From Verrucomicrobiales bacterium (GTDB lineage Bacteria > Verrucomicrobiota > Verrucomicrobiia > Verrucomicrobiales > V1-33): a DNA stretch of 64,000 nucleotides. The stretch lies in NCBI GenBank assembly GCA_965229245.1, contig CBDDIW010000001.1:650372-714371 (forward strand), read 5' to 3'. Position numbers and translations under genes: made by a program. Positions 46,564 to 57,472 of this stretch are shown piece after piece (position 1 is the first letter of the stretch; every line of letters starts with the position of its first letter). The notes under the pieces were generated by a model. That model did no database searches. It had not been told where the DNA came from and saw nothing but the letters and a program-made list of their open reading frames with translations.

Positions 46564-47604
46564 TCACCCTTCCCGCCGCTGCACCAGGCACTGGAAGGCT
46601 TCCGCCGCGCCGCCGGGTTCATAGAGGGGACTGGAGTCCGGGGCCTGGACGAATTCCCGCTGGCTCACGCACTGTTCCGTCCGCAGGCCCGCGGCCTCGC
46701 CCCATGCGATGAGGTCCGTGAAGTTCACGTCCACCGTCACATCACATTTCCCCATGAGTGGATACAATGCCATGGAATCCAGCCGCTGGTGATGGAAGTA
46801 ACCGCGCGCCGTGCCCCCGGGGCGGCGGTAATAAATATCCGCCGGTGGGCCCCCATAGTCGATGGTCAGCATAGCCCCCTCCTTCCACCCCGGGAGCCAG
46901 CCCTCGAGCCATTGCCGCCAGGAATGGAGCGCCTCCACCCGCTGGCCCTCCGGCCAGTCGTGATCGAACGCGGAGGACGTGACCTCCGGAGGCCGCGGTC
47001 GCAATTCCTCCACGATGCCGCCGTTTTCCGCGATGCGGAGCCACACCTCCCGCCATTCACCTCGCTCTTTTTGAAGAAGATGCGCGGGAAAAGCATCGGC
47101 CAGTTCATTGCTGAAGATCAGCGCCCGCCCGCCGCATTCCGCCAGCGCCGCCTCCATGCTGTCATGCCACGCCACCTTCCCTCCCCTGCCCCGCAGCTTT
47201 CGCCGCTGCACCTCCCGCAGGACCGGCGAGCGCTCCACCAGCCAGGACCGCAGCCCCCACCTTCCGCCAAAGCCCAGCGCTTTCAGCACCGTATGATGCA
47301 GCGACCCGTCCCCCGGCCCGATCTCGATCACCGGCAGCTTCCTCCCCGCCCGCCGCCACTCCTCTCTGATCCACACCGCGATGGCCCCGCCGAGTTCCCC
47401 GCCCAGCGTGGCACTGGTGGAAAAATCCCCCGTCTTTCCCACCGTGCGGATATTCTTTGTATAGTATCCCTCCTCCGGATCATACAAAGCCGCCTCCATC
47501 CATTCCCGCCACGACACCGCGCCATTCTTTTTTTCAAGAAATGAACGAAGCGGCGAGTTTGTCAGCGCGGGCGGCATCAGAAGGAAACAGGATGGAAATT
47601 CCAT
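46564..47604 (-). CDS. class I SAM-dependent methyltransferase, MidA/DUF185 family
   Basis: 346 aa. DUF185-like motifs (IEIGPGDGSL, FSNELADAFP). An alternative start is ATG 47577. Confidence 0.7.
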   Translation of the reverse strand: MEFPSCFLLMPPALTNSPLRSFLEKKNGAVSWREWMEAALYDPEEGYYTKNIRTVGKTGDFSTSATLGGELGGAIAVWIREEWRRAGRKLPVIEIGPGDGSLHHTVLKALGFGGRWGLRSWLVERSPVLREVQRRKLRGRGGKVAWHDSMEAALAECGGRALIFSNELADAFPAHLLQKERGEWREVWLRIAENGGIVEELRPRPPEVTSSAFDHDWPEGQRVEALHSWRQWLEGWLPGWKEGAMLTIDYGGPPADIYYRRPGGTARGYFHHQRLDSMALYPLMGKCDVTVDVNFTDLIAWGEAAGLRTEQCVSQREFVQAPDSSPLYEPGGAAEAFQCLVQRREG

Positions 47605-47698
47605 GCAGTATGACTATGGGAATTTCCGTTCCCAAGGGCCTTTTGAGCGTTTGTGTTGGGGCTTGACGCCTTTGCCGCTTCGGAGTGAATTCGCTCCC

Positions 47699-50600
47699 AT
47701 GCGTCTCCGTGCTCTTTCTTTGCGATCCTTTCGTTCCCTTTCCGCTCCCGGGGCCCTGCCATGGCTGATGGCGTGTCTGGTCGCGTTGTCCCCGGCGGTG
47801 CGGGGGCAGGACGACGCACCGCCGGACAAGCCGCAGGCGAAGGCGCTGAAATATCACGAAAGCCTGCTGAAACGGCCCGCGCCGGGATATCTTTTTGACC
47901 GCTTTTTCAATACCTGGCTGGACACCGGCACGGTGGCGGAGCTGGAGACGTTTTTGCAGGGCCGGGTGAAGGCGAATGGCGATACCGCGAACCGGCTGCT
48001 GCTGGCTTATTTCCATGTGCGCCAGGGGAATACGGTGCAAGCTATCGCCGAGTTCCGCGCGGCACTGGAGAAGGACCCGGGCAACGCGGAGGCGTGGTAT
48101 CAAAAGGGCGTGGTGGAGGCACGCACGCTGAACTTCGAGACGGCGCTCAACGATTTGCAGAAAGCCTCCGCCGCTTCGCCGAAAACGGACCTCGCACTCC
48201 AGATCGGCCAGTTGCGCGGGAAGCTGCTGGTGCGCTCCGGCAAGACGGCGGAGGCCCTGGAGGTGTGGAAGGGGCTGCTGGCCTCACGCCCGGACGATGA
48301 AGACCTGCGGGAGGACATCGTGGACGCGCAGACCGCGGAGGGCCTGCTGGATGCCGCCTCCGCCGCCGCGAAGGATCTGGTGGAGAAAACGAAAGACCCG
48401 CAGAAAAAAGTCCTGCGCCGTCTGCGGCTGGGGGACCTGCGCCAGCGCGCGGGCCAGCGGGAGGAGGCGGCGGACATCTATGCCGCGTGCCTCGCGGACG
48501 TGGGCGCGGGTTCCTGGCTGGAGAAGGAAATCCTGGGGCAGATCGACAAGATTTACCGCGGGGACGACCAGATGGAGGCCCTTGAAAAACGCCTGCGGAA
48601 GCTCGTGGAGACCGAGCCGCGTCGCCTCTCCACGCGCGTGGCCCTGGCGCAATTACTGACGCAGAATGGCTCCGCCGCCCCGGCGCTGAAGGCGTGGCAG
48701 GAGGTGCTGGCGCTCACGCCCGGGGACCAGGCCATGCGCCTTGCCTTCGTAGATGCCGTGGCCGCGCTTTCGAAGCCCGAGGAAGCCATCAAGCAACTGG
48801 AATCCCTTTTGGCGCAGAAGCCGGGGGATACCGTGCTGCTGGGGAAGCTGAGCCAGCTTCTTTTCACCCGCGGGGACAAGCCCGCGCTGCGGACCACGCT
48901 GGAAAAACTCGCCGCCGCGGAGGACCGCTCGGACGGCGCGCGGCTCCGCGTGGCCGCGCTCTATGACCGCTACGGTCTCGCGGAGGAGGGCCTGGCCTTC
49001 CTCCTCGCGGCGGCAAAGGCGGACCCCGCCAGCGAAGCCCTCCAGGACGCGCTGGCCGCGGCGCAATACAAGGCGGGCAAAAAGGACGAGGCCCGCGCCC
49101 TGTGGACCTCCATGGCAAAGGCCGCGAAGGACGCCCCCAGGCTCTCCGCCATCGCCCGCCTGGCGTCCGCCCAGGGGGAAAAGGATCTCGCGTTCACGCT
49201 GTTGAAGGAGCACGCCGCGGAGTGGCCTAAGGACGCGGTGTTTCTCACGGAGCTTTCGAACCTGGCGCTCGCGGCGGACAAGGCGGCGGAGGTGCTGCCC
49301 TGGGTGCGCCAGCGGGTGGCGGCCCCGCCCGCGCCGGCGGACGCTGATCGCGCCATCGAGGAGGCGGTGCGCGTGGTGCGGGCCGCGAAGGAGGCGGGGG
49401 AAAATTATCTCGATGCCCTCCTGAAGTCCGCGGAGACCCCGCGGGATCTCGCGCTCCTGGCCTGTCTGCTGGAGGCCCGGGGAGATGCCCGCCAGGCGGA
49501 TGAAGCCTTGGCCAAGGCCGCCGCGGCGGAGCCCCTGCTGGGGCATCTGGTGCAGGTGCGGCTGCTCTCCCTGCGCCGTCAGCCGGAACAGGCGGCGGAA
49601 GCCCTGGCCAAAATCTTCCGCACCCCGGAAGGCCGGAAGACGGTGAACGCGCAGCGCATGGCCTCCCTCCTGCGCGAGGCCGGTCGCGCCGCAGAGGCAC
49701 TGAAGTGGATCGCGGAATGGAAGAGCCTGGCCCCCGGGGCTCCGCAGCCGTGGCTGCTGGAGTCCGAGATTCTGGAGGACGAGGGCAGGGCGAAGGAGGC
49801 CGTGACCGCCATGCGCCAGGCGGTGCAGAAGTTTGACAAGGACCAGGATCTGAAAGCCCGGCTGGCCCGGCTCTATCGCGCTGCCGGACAGCCCGGGGAC
49901 GCGCGCCGCCTGTATGAACAGCTTTTCGAGGACGCGACGGACAACGCGCAGAGGATGCGCTGGGTCCATGAGCTCGCCACCTCCGCGGAGGAGACCGGTC
50001 GCGTGAGGGAACTGGTGGAGAGCTTTGAGGAACGCCGCCGGAACAACCGTGCCTCCATCTTCCCGCTTCTGGCGCTCGCGGAGATCCACCATGTGGCGGG
50101 CGATAACGAAAAGCGCCGGGATGCCCTCTTGGAGGCGGCGCGCCTCAAGCCGGACGATGTGGAGCTGCTCCTGGAGATCGCCCGCGTGGAGGTGAAGCAG
50201 GAGAATCACGAGAACGCCCTGACCACCCTGCGCAAGGCCCGCCCGCTGGACAAGACCGGGCGCGCCTCCCAGCTCATCGCGCAGACCCTGCTCACCCTGG
50301 GCCGGACGGAGGAGGGCCTGCGGGAACTTCAGGAGCTCACCGCCTCCGGCAGCGCCGGGGCCCGCGCGGTGGAGCAGATGGCACAGACGCTTCTCGCCAG
50401 CCAGGGCCCGGAGGCCGCCGCGCGCTTCCTGCGCCCGCAGTGCGAACGCTTCCCGGAGGACTACCGGCTGGGCACGCTGCTCGTCTTTGCCCTCCGGCAG
50501 TCGGGGGAAACCGCGGAGGCCCTGACGCAGACGGTGCGGCTGTGGAATATCCAGGCGGAGCTTCCGGCGTCCGGCCCGGCGGTGACGGGATTGCCGAACA

Positions 50601-53600
50601 TGGATGAGGAAAGCTCCCGGCGCTATACCAAGGGCGAGCCTCCGGGCATGACGGAGGCCTTCCAGACCGTGCGGGGCGTGTGGTATGTGGGCTCCCGGGA
50701 AAACGGGCGGGGACGCGGGAACTCCCGGCGCGGCGGTGGCGGCGCGGCGCAGGATCTGCCCGGCTCCCTTTTCGAAAAGGACACTTTGTGCCTGGGCTGG
50801 TTTGCCCAGGGCGTGGAGGATCCCGCCGCCTCCGCGGCCTCGCTGGAGAAACAACTCACCACCCGTCCCGTCCCGCAACTGACCACCCTCCTGGCGATGG
50901 GGAAGGCCATGGAAGAGGGGGCGCGGGATTCCGGCAATGGCCCGTTCATCGAGCTGGCGCGCGCGCATCCGGACAATGACCTGATGCAGGATCTCATGAT
51001 CTACTCCATGGCGGGGAATCCCCGCGCCACGGACACCGCGATGGCCCGCAAGGCGTGGGAACGCTTTAAGGACCGGTACCCCAAGCCCGCGCTGGTGGCG
51101 GCTCTCATCTGCTTCCAGGAACCCGGGGCCGCGCTGGCTCCGGTGCGGGCCGCCGCCCTGAAACAACTGGAGACCCCGCTGGAGGACCCCGATTTCCTGC
51201 ATTCCTGTTTCTATGCCCTCTTCAACCAGGACCGGGATGACGGAGAGCCTGCCGGTGCCCGGGAAAGCAAGGACGACCCCGCGTATGCCGCGGACCTGAA
51301 GGCGCTCCGCCGCCTCGCGGTGAAGCTACTGAGCGCCCCGGGGAATGTCACGTCCTCTCCCTCCAGGTCCGGCTACTATATGCGCCGCCTGGCCACGCAG
51401 ATCCTCCGGCAGGACGCGGACTACCCGGCGCTCCTGGACCTCGTGCTTGCCAGCGATGCCGGAAAGACCGGCGGGGTCTCCGCGGGGGGCTTTTCCGCGG
51501 GTGCCATCACCGGTGGCGGGGAGGAATTCGAGCCTCCCGCCTTCCCGCCGGATTCGCTGGAAAGCGTGCCGGACGAGGCGCTCCAGCTTTCGCACAGCCT
51601 CAAGGAGGACTTTGAAAAACTCAGCGGCCCGGAGCTCGCAACCCGCGTCTCCGCCTGGAAAGCCGCAGTGGAGGCGAAAGTCAAGGACCCCGTGCTGAAG
51701 GCCGTGCTTTCCATCCCCGCCGGGGATGACGCTTATACCGCCGCCTGCGTGGAGGCCGTCGCGAAGCTGCCTGTCCCGACGGTGGACAGTTGTCTGCTGC
51801 TGGCAGGCTGGGAGGCAAAGAAGGAGAACTGGAAGGACTCCGCGGAGTGGCTGCGGCGCGGCCTTTTCCTGCCCATCTCCCGCGGGCAGCGGGAGGCGCT
51901 GGACCACCTCCTCACGGCCATCGTGCTCCAGCAGCCGGAGGCTCTGGGCGACGCGCAGTCCCCTCTGATCGCCACGGCAAAGGACGCGGCCCTGAGGCTG
52001 CGGCTCACGATCACGGACCGCGACATGAAGAGCCAGCTCATCGAGGCCATGGAAGCCCTGGGCTTGAAAGAAGCGGCGGAATCCGAAAGCGACAAGCTCA
52101 CCGGCGGCCCCTCCGCCGGTCCGCGTGCCCGCATGGGCGCGATGCTCGGAGGCTCACGGAGCGGCACCGCGGGCATCGGGCCGAAGGTGAAAGCCCTGCT
52201 GGAAAGCTCCAAACGGGACGAAGCCCTCGCCCTGTTGGCGAAGACCGCGAAGGGCGAACTGGCGAAATACGCCTCCTACAAAAAGAACTCCAGTTACAAC
52301 TACCGCGGCGTTTCCATCCTGGACGACGACTTCATCTCCCTGGTGCGGGACAATCAATTGGAGGAGGCGCTGCTGGCTTACTCCCATCCGGAAACAGGCA
52401 CCGCGCGCCTGGGCTGGACGGACTACGCGGAATTCGTCACCGGATTCAATGGCGTGGCCTCCCCGAAAACGCGGGCGGTGATGAAGGAAGCCATCGCCAA
52501 AGACCCCGGGGCCAGCGGCCTCCGGTGCCGTCTCGCGTTTGAACTCCTCCCGGAATCCCCCGTGGCAGCGGATGAGATCATGAAAGACATGCCCGCCGCG
52601 GACATGGACGAAATCACCTCCCGGGTCATCGAGAGCAACCTGTGGGAAAGTTCAGCCGGGGCTTACCGCACCCTCAGTTTCTGCCGCCGGCTGGTGGATA
52701 AATACAAGGACGCGCCCGATGCCACGTGGCTGTGGCTGGCGGCGGCGATGCGCTACGCGGATGATGCCTTCAAGAACTTCAAGGGCATGGACGGCAGCCT
52801 CTCCACATGGCTCACCGCCCAGACCGAGGGACGGAAACCGGACTTCCCGCTGGAGAGCGACATCACTGCTTACATCGACCTGCACGCGGCCATCGTGCGC
52901 CAGGCCGCCGGGATCAAGGAACTGGCTCCCCTGGCGTTCGACGATCTGGCCCGCCATGAACTGAGCGCCGGGAAGCCCGGCGAGGCGCTGCTGGCCACCG
53001 CCCGCGCGATGATCCTGCATCCCGTGCCCGAGCCCCGGGGCGCGGCGGGGAAACCCGGCCCGCGAAACTACGTTGCCACCCAGGCGGTGGAAGCCTGCCG
53101 GGCCAGTCGGCTGGATGACTTCTCCCCCGTGGCCCTGCTGGTGGCCCACGCGGTGGAGACCGGCGGGCTGGAGGCTCTGAAGACGGAGATCCTGGCGGAA
53201 CTGGAGAAGTCCGGGCGCCGCGCGGAGGCCCGTATTTTCGGGGCGTATGTCTCGCTGTATGAAGCCCCGGCGGAGTCCTTCCTGGACACCGCCCGGGAGT
53301 TCCTGCGCGCGGGCGCGGGGGGCGCGACCTCCACGCGCAATGCCGCCGAATCCGCGGACAAGGCACTGCTCCGCGTCTGGCGCGCGCGGAAGTTGAAGAC
53401 GGACCTCGGCCCGCTGGTGCTCGCCTCCGTGACCCCGTCCGGGGTGGCCCGGAATCAATTGCCCGGGCTGGCCGCGCTCTGGGCCGCGGAGCTCGGCAAA
53501 CAGCGGAACCGCCCTGCCGCCCGGGCCTTCATGGTGAGCGTGGTGGAAAAGCTCCTGGGCCCCCTGGAAAAGCGCGCGGAGGTGGTGGTGAAAAACCACG

Positions 53601-56600
53601 GTGCCAGCAATGACACGGGCCGCTGCCTCGAACAGTTGCAGTCCTTTTTCCAGACCTTCGCCGCGGATCACCTCATGGCGCTCTTGGGCGCGGAGGTGCT
53701 GCAGGAGCAGCTTTCGCCCTTCCATCCGGACTACGAGCCTGACAAGATGAACCGCCAGCGCCTTCAGGTCTGGCTGGACCGGAAGGACTGGATGACGTGC
53801 CCGGATTACTTGAAGGAGGAGATCGCGCTCACGCCCTTCATTCTGGATCTCCCGGACTTCACCCCGCGCCTCACCCGCGTGGCGAAACCCGCGCGCTTCC
53901 CGCTCATCGTCACCCGGCTCACCCAGACGCCCGCGCGCTTCCGCCAGGCGTTCACCGCCGTGGCTCCGGCGGAGACCTTTGGCGGGAAGATCATCCGCGC
54001 CGCGCTGAATGACGATGGCCTCCAGGAGGTCATCCGCTTCATGGGCAGCGAAAAGGAGCGGATCGAAAAACTGCCGGACGCGCGTCAACTGGACCTGCGG
54101 CTCTTCGTGGAGGTGCTCATGAAGCAGGGAGGAGACACCTCCGCCTTCACTCCGGAAACCCGGGCCACGCTGGACTGGCTCCTGAAGCTGGGCGGCGAAA
54201 GCCTGCCGGTGGACCCCCGCGTCCTCGCCTTCCTGAAACAACCCGCCACGCGCGCGGCAAACTTCCAGCCCCGGGACTTTGTGGAAATGGCGGGCGGGCT
54301 CGCCGCGGGCGCGGTGACCAACCCCGGGGGCACGGAGGACGTGCTGCGCCACGCCCGGGAGATCATCCAGGCGAATCCGCGCCGCGACAGCGACGAGGAT
54401 CCCACCCTGACGCAACTGGGCCGGTACTACTTCAGCGGCCTGGCCCCGGACGGGGACCGCAGGGGGTGGAGGGATGGCGAGGCCATCGACATGATCACCG
54501 CGGGACTGCGCGGCCTGCTGGATGAGAGCAAAGGCCCCGGCTATCTGGTGCCCGTGGATGAGGACAGCTTTGAGAGGCTGTGCTCCCAGTGGTACCAGAT
54601 CCACCGCGCCGCGCACCCGACGGACCTTGGCGGCATCTTCCTCTCCATGGCACGGGAGGCGGAGGGGAAACTGCGGCCGGACGAGTGGCCACTTCTCGCC
54701 CATGCCCTCGCGGGTGCGTTGAAGGACCGGAGTGGATTCAACGCGGATAACTTCTCCGGCGCCATCTCCGCGCTGGAGAAGCGGGGCGCGGACATCCCGT
54801 CCGTAAAGCCTCTCATCATGGTGCTGAAGCTGGGCCGCATCGCGGAGTCCGCCCCCGCGAAGGTGAATCCGGACATGAAGCCCGGCGAGGTCTCCAGTTC
54901 CCAGAAATGGATGCTCCAGACGCTCCAGGACAAGACCCGGCCCCTCTCCGCGCGCTACACGGCGGCGGTGGGCGCGGCGGGCATCCTGGGGCATTCCATG
55001 GATCCGCTGCTGCTGGTGGAGGTGCTGAAGACCTTCCACGAGGCCGTGGCCGCGAAGCGCCCGTGGACCTCCGGGGATCTCGGCGCGGTCATCGAGTGTC
55101 TTTTCGACGCCCCGGACCAGGAGGCGGTCTCCACCGCCGCCACCACCCTGCTGAACAGCGTGGACGCGAAGCGTCTGGTGCTGAAAAACGCGGGGCGCTA
55201 CGACACGGACACCACCACCAGCCTGCTGCGCGTGGCCTCCCGCTACGCCCCGCCGGAGGCCGCCATGCAGATGATCAAGACGGCCGTCCGCGCCCGCCTT
55301 TCCGAACGCGAGGCCCTGCCCATGGAGTGGCTGCTGCTCTGCCTGGAGGCGGGAAATGTGGATACCGCGCGCTACCTCATGGCGCAGAGCAAGGGGGTCT
55401 TCGACAAGGGCGGGAACTTCTCCGCGCGGCTGCAAAAGACGCTGCCGAAGCTCCTGGAGTCCATCCCCTCCGCGGATGAACGCTGGGCGCTGGAGACCCG
55501 CATCGTGGCCATCCCGGACTCGCAAAAGGACGGGAATGACCGCTACGACACGGCGCGGCTGGTGGCCTTTGCCACCCGGCTCCGGGATGCCCAGGGGGTG
55601 TCCCCCGCCGTCATGGACGACTGCGTGGCCCGGGTGGCCGGACTCTTTGGCGCGGTGGAGACCCGGAAGACGCTGAAGGACCGCATCCAGGAGTGCCTGA
55701 AGCGGAATCCGCTCTCCACGCTCTATCGCGGCCTCCGGGATTCCCGGCACGAGGAGGACTCGCCGGCGGCCCGCATGGTGGCGCTGCACGGCATGGCCGC
55801 CATGGATCTGCTGCGTGAGGACCAGAACTACGATGCGTGGCTGGCCGCGCTGGAGGAGCACTTCGCCGCCATGACCGCCATCCGGCAGTATCCCATGGAC
55901 ACCGTGGTGCTGGTGCTGCGAAACTGCCACTGGTGGGCCATCAGCCGCGCCGCGGACCGGAAACCCGTAGACCTGAAGAAGGTGGCGGAGGGCATGCGGA
56001 AGGTCCTGCGTCCCGGGTGCATGCAGGCGCTCATCAATGACTTCTACTTCACGCTCCCGCTGATCCACGGCGTGGCCGGGGACATGCCCGCGCTGTACGA
56101 ACACATGAAGGCGCTCCCGGAGGCGGACCGCCGCTTCTTCCTGGACAAAGCGGAGCGCATCCGTACCGGCACCTCGCGCAATGTGTGGAAGAACGCGGTG
56201 AAAGGGAACGAGGAAGTCCGCGCCGCGGGCATCCGGGGCATGCTTACCGCGCCGTGGCTGCCGCTGCAAAATACCAACGGCTACCGTTTGCCGGAACTGG
56301 TGGCCGCGAACTGGGCGACGAACGCGGACGTAGCCGTCCTGGCGGAGGATCTCCTGGCGCGGTATCCGGCCAATGCGAATCTCGCGGGAGAGATCGTGTG
56401 CTGCGTGGACGCGACGGACAACCCGGAGCTCATGTTCAAGTGCCTGGCACGCTACCGGAAGATCACCACGCCGGAGGATGAACTCCGCTGGCGGCTGTTC
56501 TACACCGGGCCGGAGGTCATGGCGATGCTGCGCCAAGGCCGTGTGGATGAGGCCCGGGCCATCATGGACCGCGAGCAGCCGGTGCTGGAGCAGGAGGCCG

Positions 56601-57457
56601 CCACGGTTTCGGAGGGTTACATCGCGCCCAGTGTCTTCGGTGCCTGGCTTTCCTCCCAGGGGCGTCTCCAGTTCCTCCGCGGGGAAAAGGAAAAGGCCGT
56701 GAATTCCCTCGCGCTGGGGCTGAGGATGCTCCTCGTGGCCAGGGAGGCGGGCTTTGCCATCTCGAACAAGGCGAAGATCGATACCACCATCTCCTGGCTG
56801 GTGGAGGCCCGGTCCGGACAGAAGCTCACGCGGATGACCCTGCTGCCGGAGAAATCCGTGTGGAGTTATCTGGACGGCACGGCCCTCGCGCCCGCCGGAT
56901 GGCAGGCCGCGGACTTCGCCGCCGCGGGCTGGAAGTCCGGCCCCGCGCCCCTGGGCTATGGCGATCCCGTGGCCACGGAGATCAGCTTTGGCCCGGACAA
57001 AAAGAAGAAGCCGCTCACCGCGTGGTTCCGCACGGAGTTCAACGTGGACGATCCCGCCGCGCTGCCCGCGCTCCAGCTCAGCGCCTGCGTGGATGACGGC
57101 GCGTGCTTCTACCTGAACGGAAAGGAAATCTGGCGGCACAATCTGCCGTCCGGGGAGTTGAAGCCCGAAACGAAGGCGAAGACCGGAGCCGAGGACGCGG
57201 ATGAGTCCGCCTGGCACCAGCATGCCCTCCCCGCGGACGGCTTTTTGAAGGGCCGCAACGTGCTCGCGGTGGAGGTCCACCAGGCGAACGCCACCAGCTC
57301 CGATCTCATGCTGAAGGCCACCATCAGCAACGAGGGCGCGCTGGCCGATCCCGCGGAGCTGCTGAAGGGCTTCGACGCCCGCGCCGCCGCCACCCAAACC
57401 GGCATCCTCATGCGCTTCCTGACACCCCGGTTCCGCCCCGCCATCATCGGGCAGTGA
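47699..57457 (+). CDS. giant (3252 aa) secreted TPR/helical-repeat protein with a distinct C-terminal beta-rich domain
   Basis: One uninterrupted frame. Signal peptide MRLRALSLRSFRSLSAPGALPWLMACLVALSPAVRGQD. Dozens of TPR-like 34-residue repeats (for example AIAEFRAALEKDPGNAEAWYQKGVV). Last about 180 aa non-helical with WKSGPAPLGYGD and NVLAVEVHQANATSSDLML motifs. The overlapping minus-strand 1603-aa ORF is judged a shadow. Confidence 0.8.
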   Translation: MRLRALSLRSFRSLSAPGALPWLMACLVALSPAVRGQDDAPPDKPQAKALKYHESLLKRPAPGYLFDRFFNTWLDTGTVAELETFLQGRVKANGDTANRLLLAYFHVRQGNTVQAIAEFRAALEKDPGNAEAWYQKGVVEARTLNFETALNDLQKASAASPKTDLALQIGQLRGKLLVRSGKTAEALEVWKGLLASRPDDEDLREDIVDAQTAEGLLDAASAAAKDLVEKTKDPQKKVLRRLRLGDLRQRAGQREEAADIYAACLADVGAGSWLEKEILGQIDKIYRGDDQMEALEKRLRKLVETEPRRLSTRVALAQLLTQNGSAAPALKAWQEVLALTPGDQAMRLAFVDAVAALSKPEEAIKQLESLLAQKPGDTVLLGKLSQLLFTRGDKPALRTTLEKLAAAEDRSDGARLRVAALYDRYGLAEEGLAFLLAAAKADPASEALQDALAAAQYKAGKKDEARALWTSMAKAAKDAPRLSAIARLASAQGEKDLAFTLLKEHAAEWPKDAVFLTELSNLALAADKAAEVLPWVRQRVAAPPAPADADRAIEEAVRVVRAAKEAGENYLDALLKSAETPRDLALLACLLEARGDARQADEALAKAAAAEPLLGHLVQVRLLSLRRQPEQAAEALAKIFRTPEGRKTVNAQRMASLLREAGRAAEALKWIAEWKSLAPGAPQPWLLESEILEDEGRAKEAVTAMRQAVQKFDKDQDLKARLARLYRAAGQPGDARRLYEQLFEDATDNAQRMRWVHELATSAEETGRVRELVESFEERRRNNRASIFPLLALAEIHHVAGDNEKRRDALLEAARLKPDDVELLLEIARVEVKQENHENALTTLRKARPLDKTGRASQLIAQTLLTLGRTEEGLRELQELTASGSAGARAVEQMAQTLLASQGPEAAARFLRPQCERFPEDYRLGTLLVFALRQSGETAEALTQTVRLWNIQAELPASGPAVTGLPNMDEESSRRYTKGEPPGMTEAFQTVRGVWYVGSRENGRGRGNSRRGGGGAAQDLPGSLFEKDTLCLGWFAQGVEDPAASAASLEKQLTTRPVPQLTTLLAMGKAMEEGARDSGNGPFIELARAHPDNDLMQDLMIYSMAGNPRATDTAMARKAWERFKDRYPKPALVAALICFQEPGAALAPVRAAALKQLETPLEDPDFLHSCFYALFNQDRDDGEPAGARESKDDPAYAADLKALRRLAVKLLSAPGNVTSSPSRSGYYMRRLATQILRQDADYPALLDLVLASDAGKTGGVSAGGFSAGAITGGGEEFEPPAFPPDSLESVPDEALQLSHSLKEDFEKLSGPELATRVSAWKAAVEAKVKDPVLKAVLSIPAGDDAYTAACVEAVAKLPVPTVDSCLLLAGWEAKKENWKDSAEWLRRGLFLPISRGQREALDHLLTAIVLQQPEALGDAQSPLIATAKDAALRLRLTITDRDMKSQLIEAMEALGLKEAAESESDKLTGGPSAGPRARMGAMLGGSRSGTAGIGPKVKALLESSKRDEALALLAKTAKGELAKYASYKKNSSYNYRGVSILDDDFISLVRDNQLEEALLAYSHPETGTARLGWTDYAEFVTGFNGVASPKTRAVMKEAIAKDPGASGLRCRLAFELLPESPVAADEIMKDMPAADMDEITSRVIESNLWESSAGAYRTLSFCRRLVDKYKDAPDATWLWLAAAMRYADDAFKNFKGMDGSLSTWLTAQTEGRKPDFPLESDITAYIDLHAAIVRQAAGIKELAPLAFDDLARHELSAGKPGEALLATARAMILHPVPEPRGAAGKPGPRNYVATQAVEACRASRLDDFSPVALLVAHAVETGGLEALKTEILAELEKSGRRAEARIFGAYVSLYEAPAESFLDTAREFLRAGAGGATSTRNAAESADKALLRVWRARKLKTDLGPLVLASVTPSGVARNQLPGLAALWAAELGKQRNRPAARAFMVSVVEKLLGPLEKRAEVVVKNHGASNDTGRCLEQLQSFFQTFAADHLMALLGAEVLQEQLSPFHPDYEPDKMNRQRLQVWLDRKDWMTCPDYLKEEIALTPFILDLPDFTPRLTRVAKPARFPLIVTRLTQTPARFRQAFTAVAPAETFGGKIIRAALNDDGLQEVIRFMGSEKERIEKLPDARQLDLRLFVEVLMKQGGDTSAFTPETRATLDWLLKLGGESLPVDPRVLAFLKQPATRAANFQPRDFVEMAGGLAAGAVTNPGGTEDVLRHAREIIQANPRRDSDEDPTLTQLGRYYFSGLAPDGDRRGWRDGEAIDMITAGLRGLLDESKGPGYLVPVDEDSFERLCSQWYQIHRAAHPTDLGGIFLSMAREAEGKLRPDEWPLLAHALAGALKDRSGFNADNFSGAISALEKRGADIPSVKPLIMVLKLGRIAESAPAKVNPDMKPGEVSSSQKWMLQTLQDKTRPLSARYTAAVGAAGILGHSMDPLLLVEVLKTFHEAVAAKRPWTSGDLGAVIECLFDAPDQEAVSTAATTLLNSVDAKRLVLKNAGRYDTDTTTSLLRVASRYAPPEAAMQMIKTAVRARLSEREALPMEWLLLCLEAGNVDTARYLMAQSKGVFDKGGNFSARLQKTLPKLLESIPSADERWALETRIVAIPDSQKDGNDRYDTARLVAFATRLRDAQGVSPAVMDDCVARVAGLFGAVETRKTLKDRIQECLKRNPLSTLYRGLRDSRHEEDSPAARMVALHGMAAMDLLREDQNYDAWLAALEEHFAAMTAIRQYPMDTVVLVLRNCHWWAISRAADRKPVDLKKVAEGMRKVLRPGCMQALINDFYFTLPLIHGVAGDMPALYEHMKALPEADRRFFLDKAERIRTGTSRNVWKNAVKGNEEVRAAGIRGMLTAPWLPLQNTNGYRLPELVAANWATNADVAVLAEDLLARYPANANLAGEIVCCVDATDNPELMFKCLARYRKITTPEDELRWRLFYTGPEVMAMLRQGRVDEARAIMDREQPVLEQEAATVSEGYIAPSVFGAWLSSQGRLQFLRGEKEKAVNSLALGLRMLLVAREAGFAISNKAKIDTTISWLVEARSGQKLTRMTLLPEKSVWSYLDGTALAPAGWQAADFAAAGWKSGPAPLGYGDPVATEISFGPDKKKKPLTAWFRTEFNVDDPAALPALQLSACVDDGACFYLNGKEIWRHNLPSGELKPETKAKTGAEDADESAWHQHALPADGFLKGRNVLAVEVHQANATSSDLMLKATISNEGALADPAELLKGFDARAAATQTGILMRFLTPRFRPAIIGQ

Positions 57458-57472
57458 CGCCACTCACTTCTG

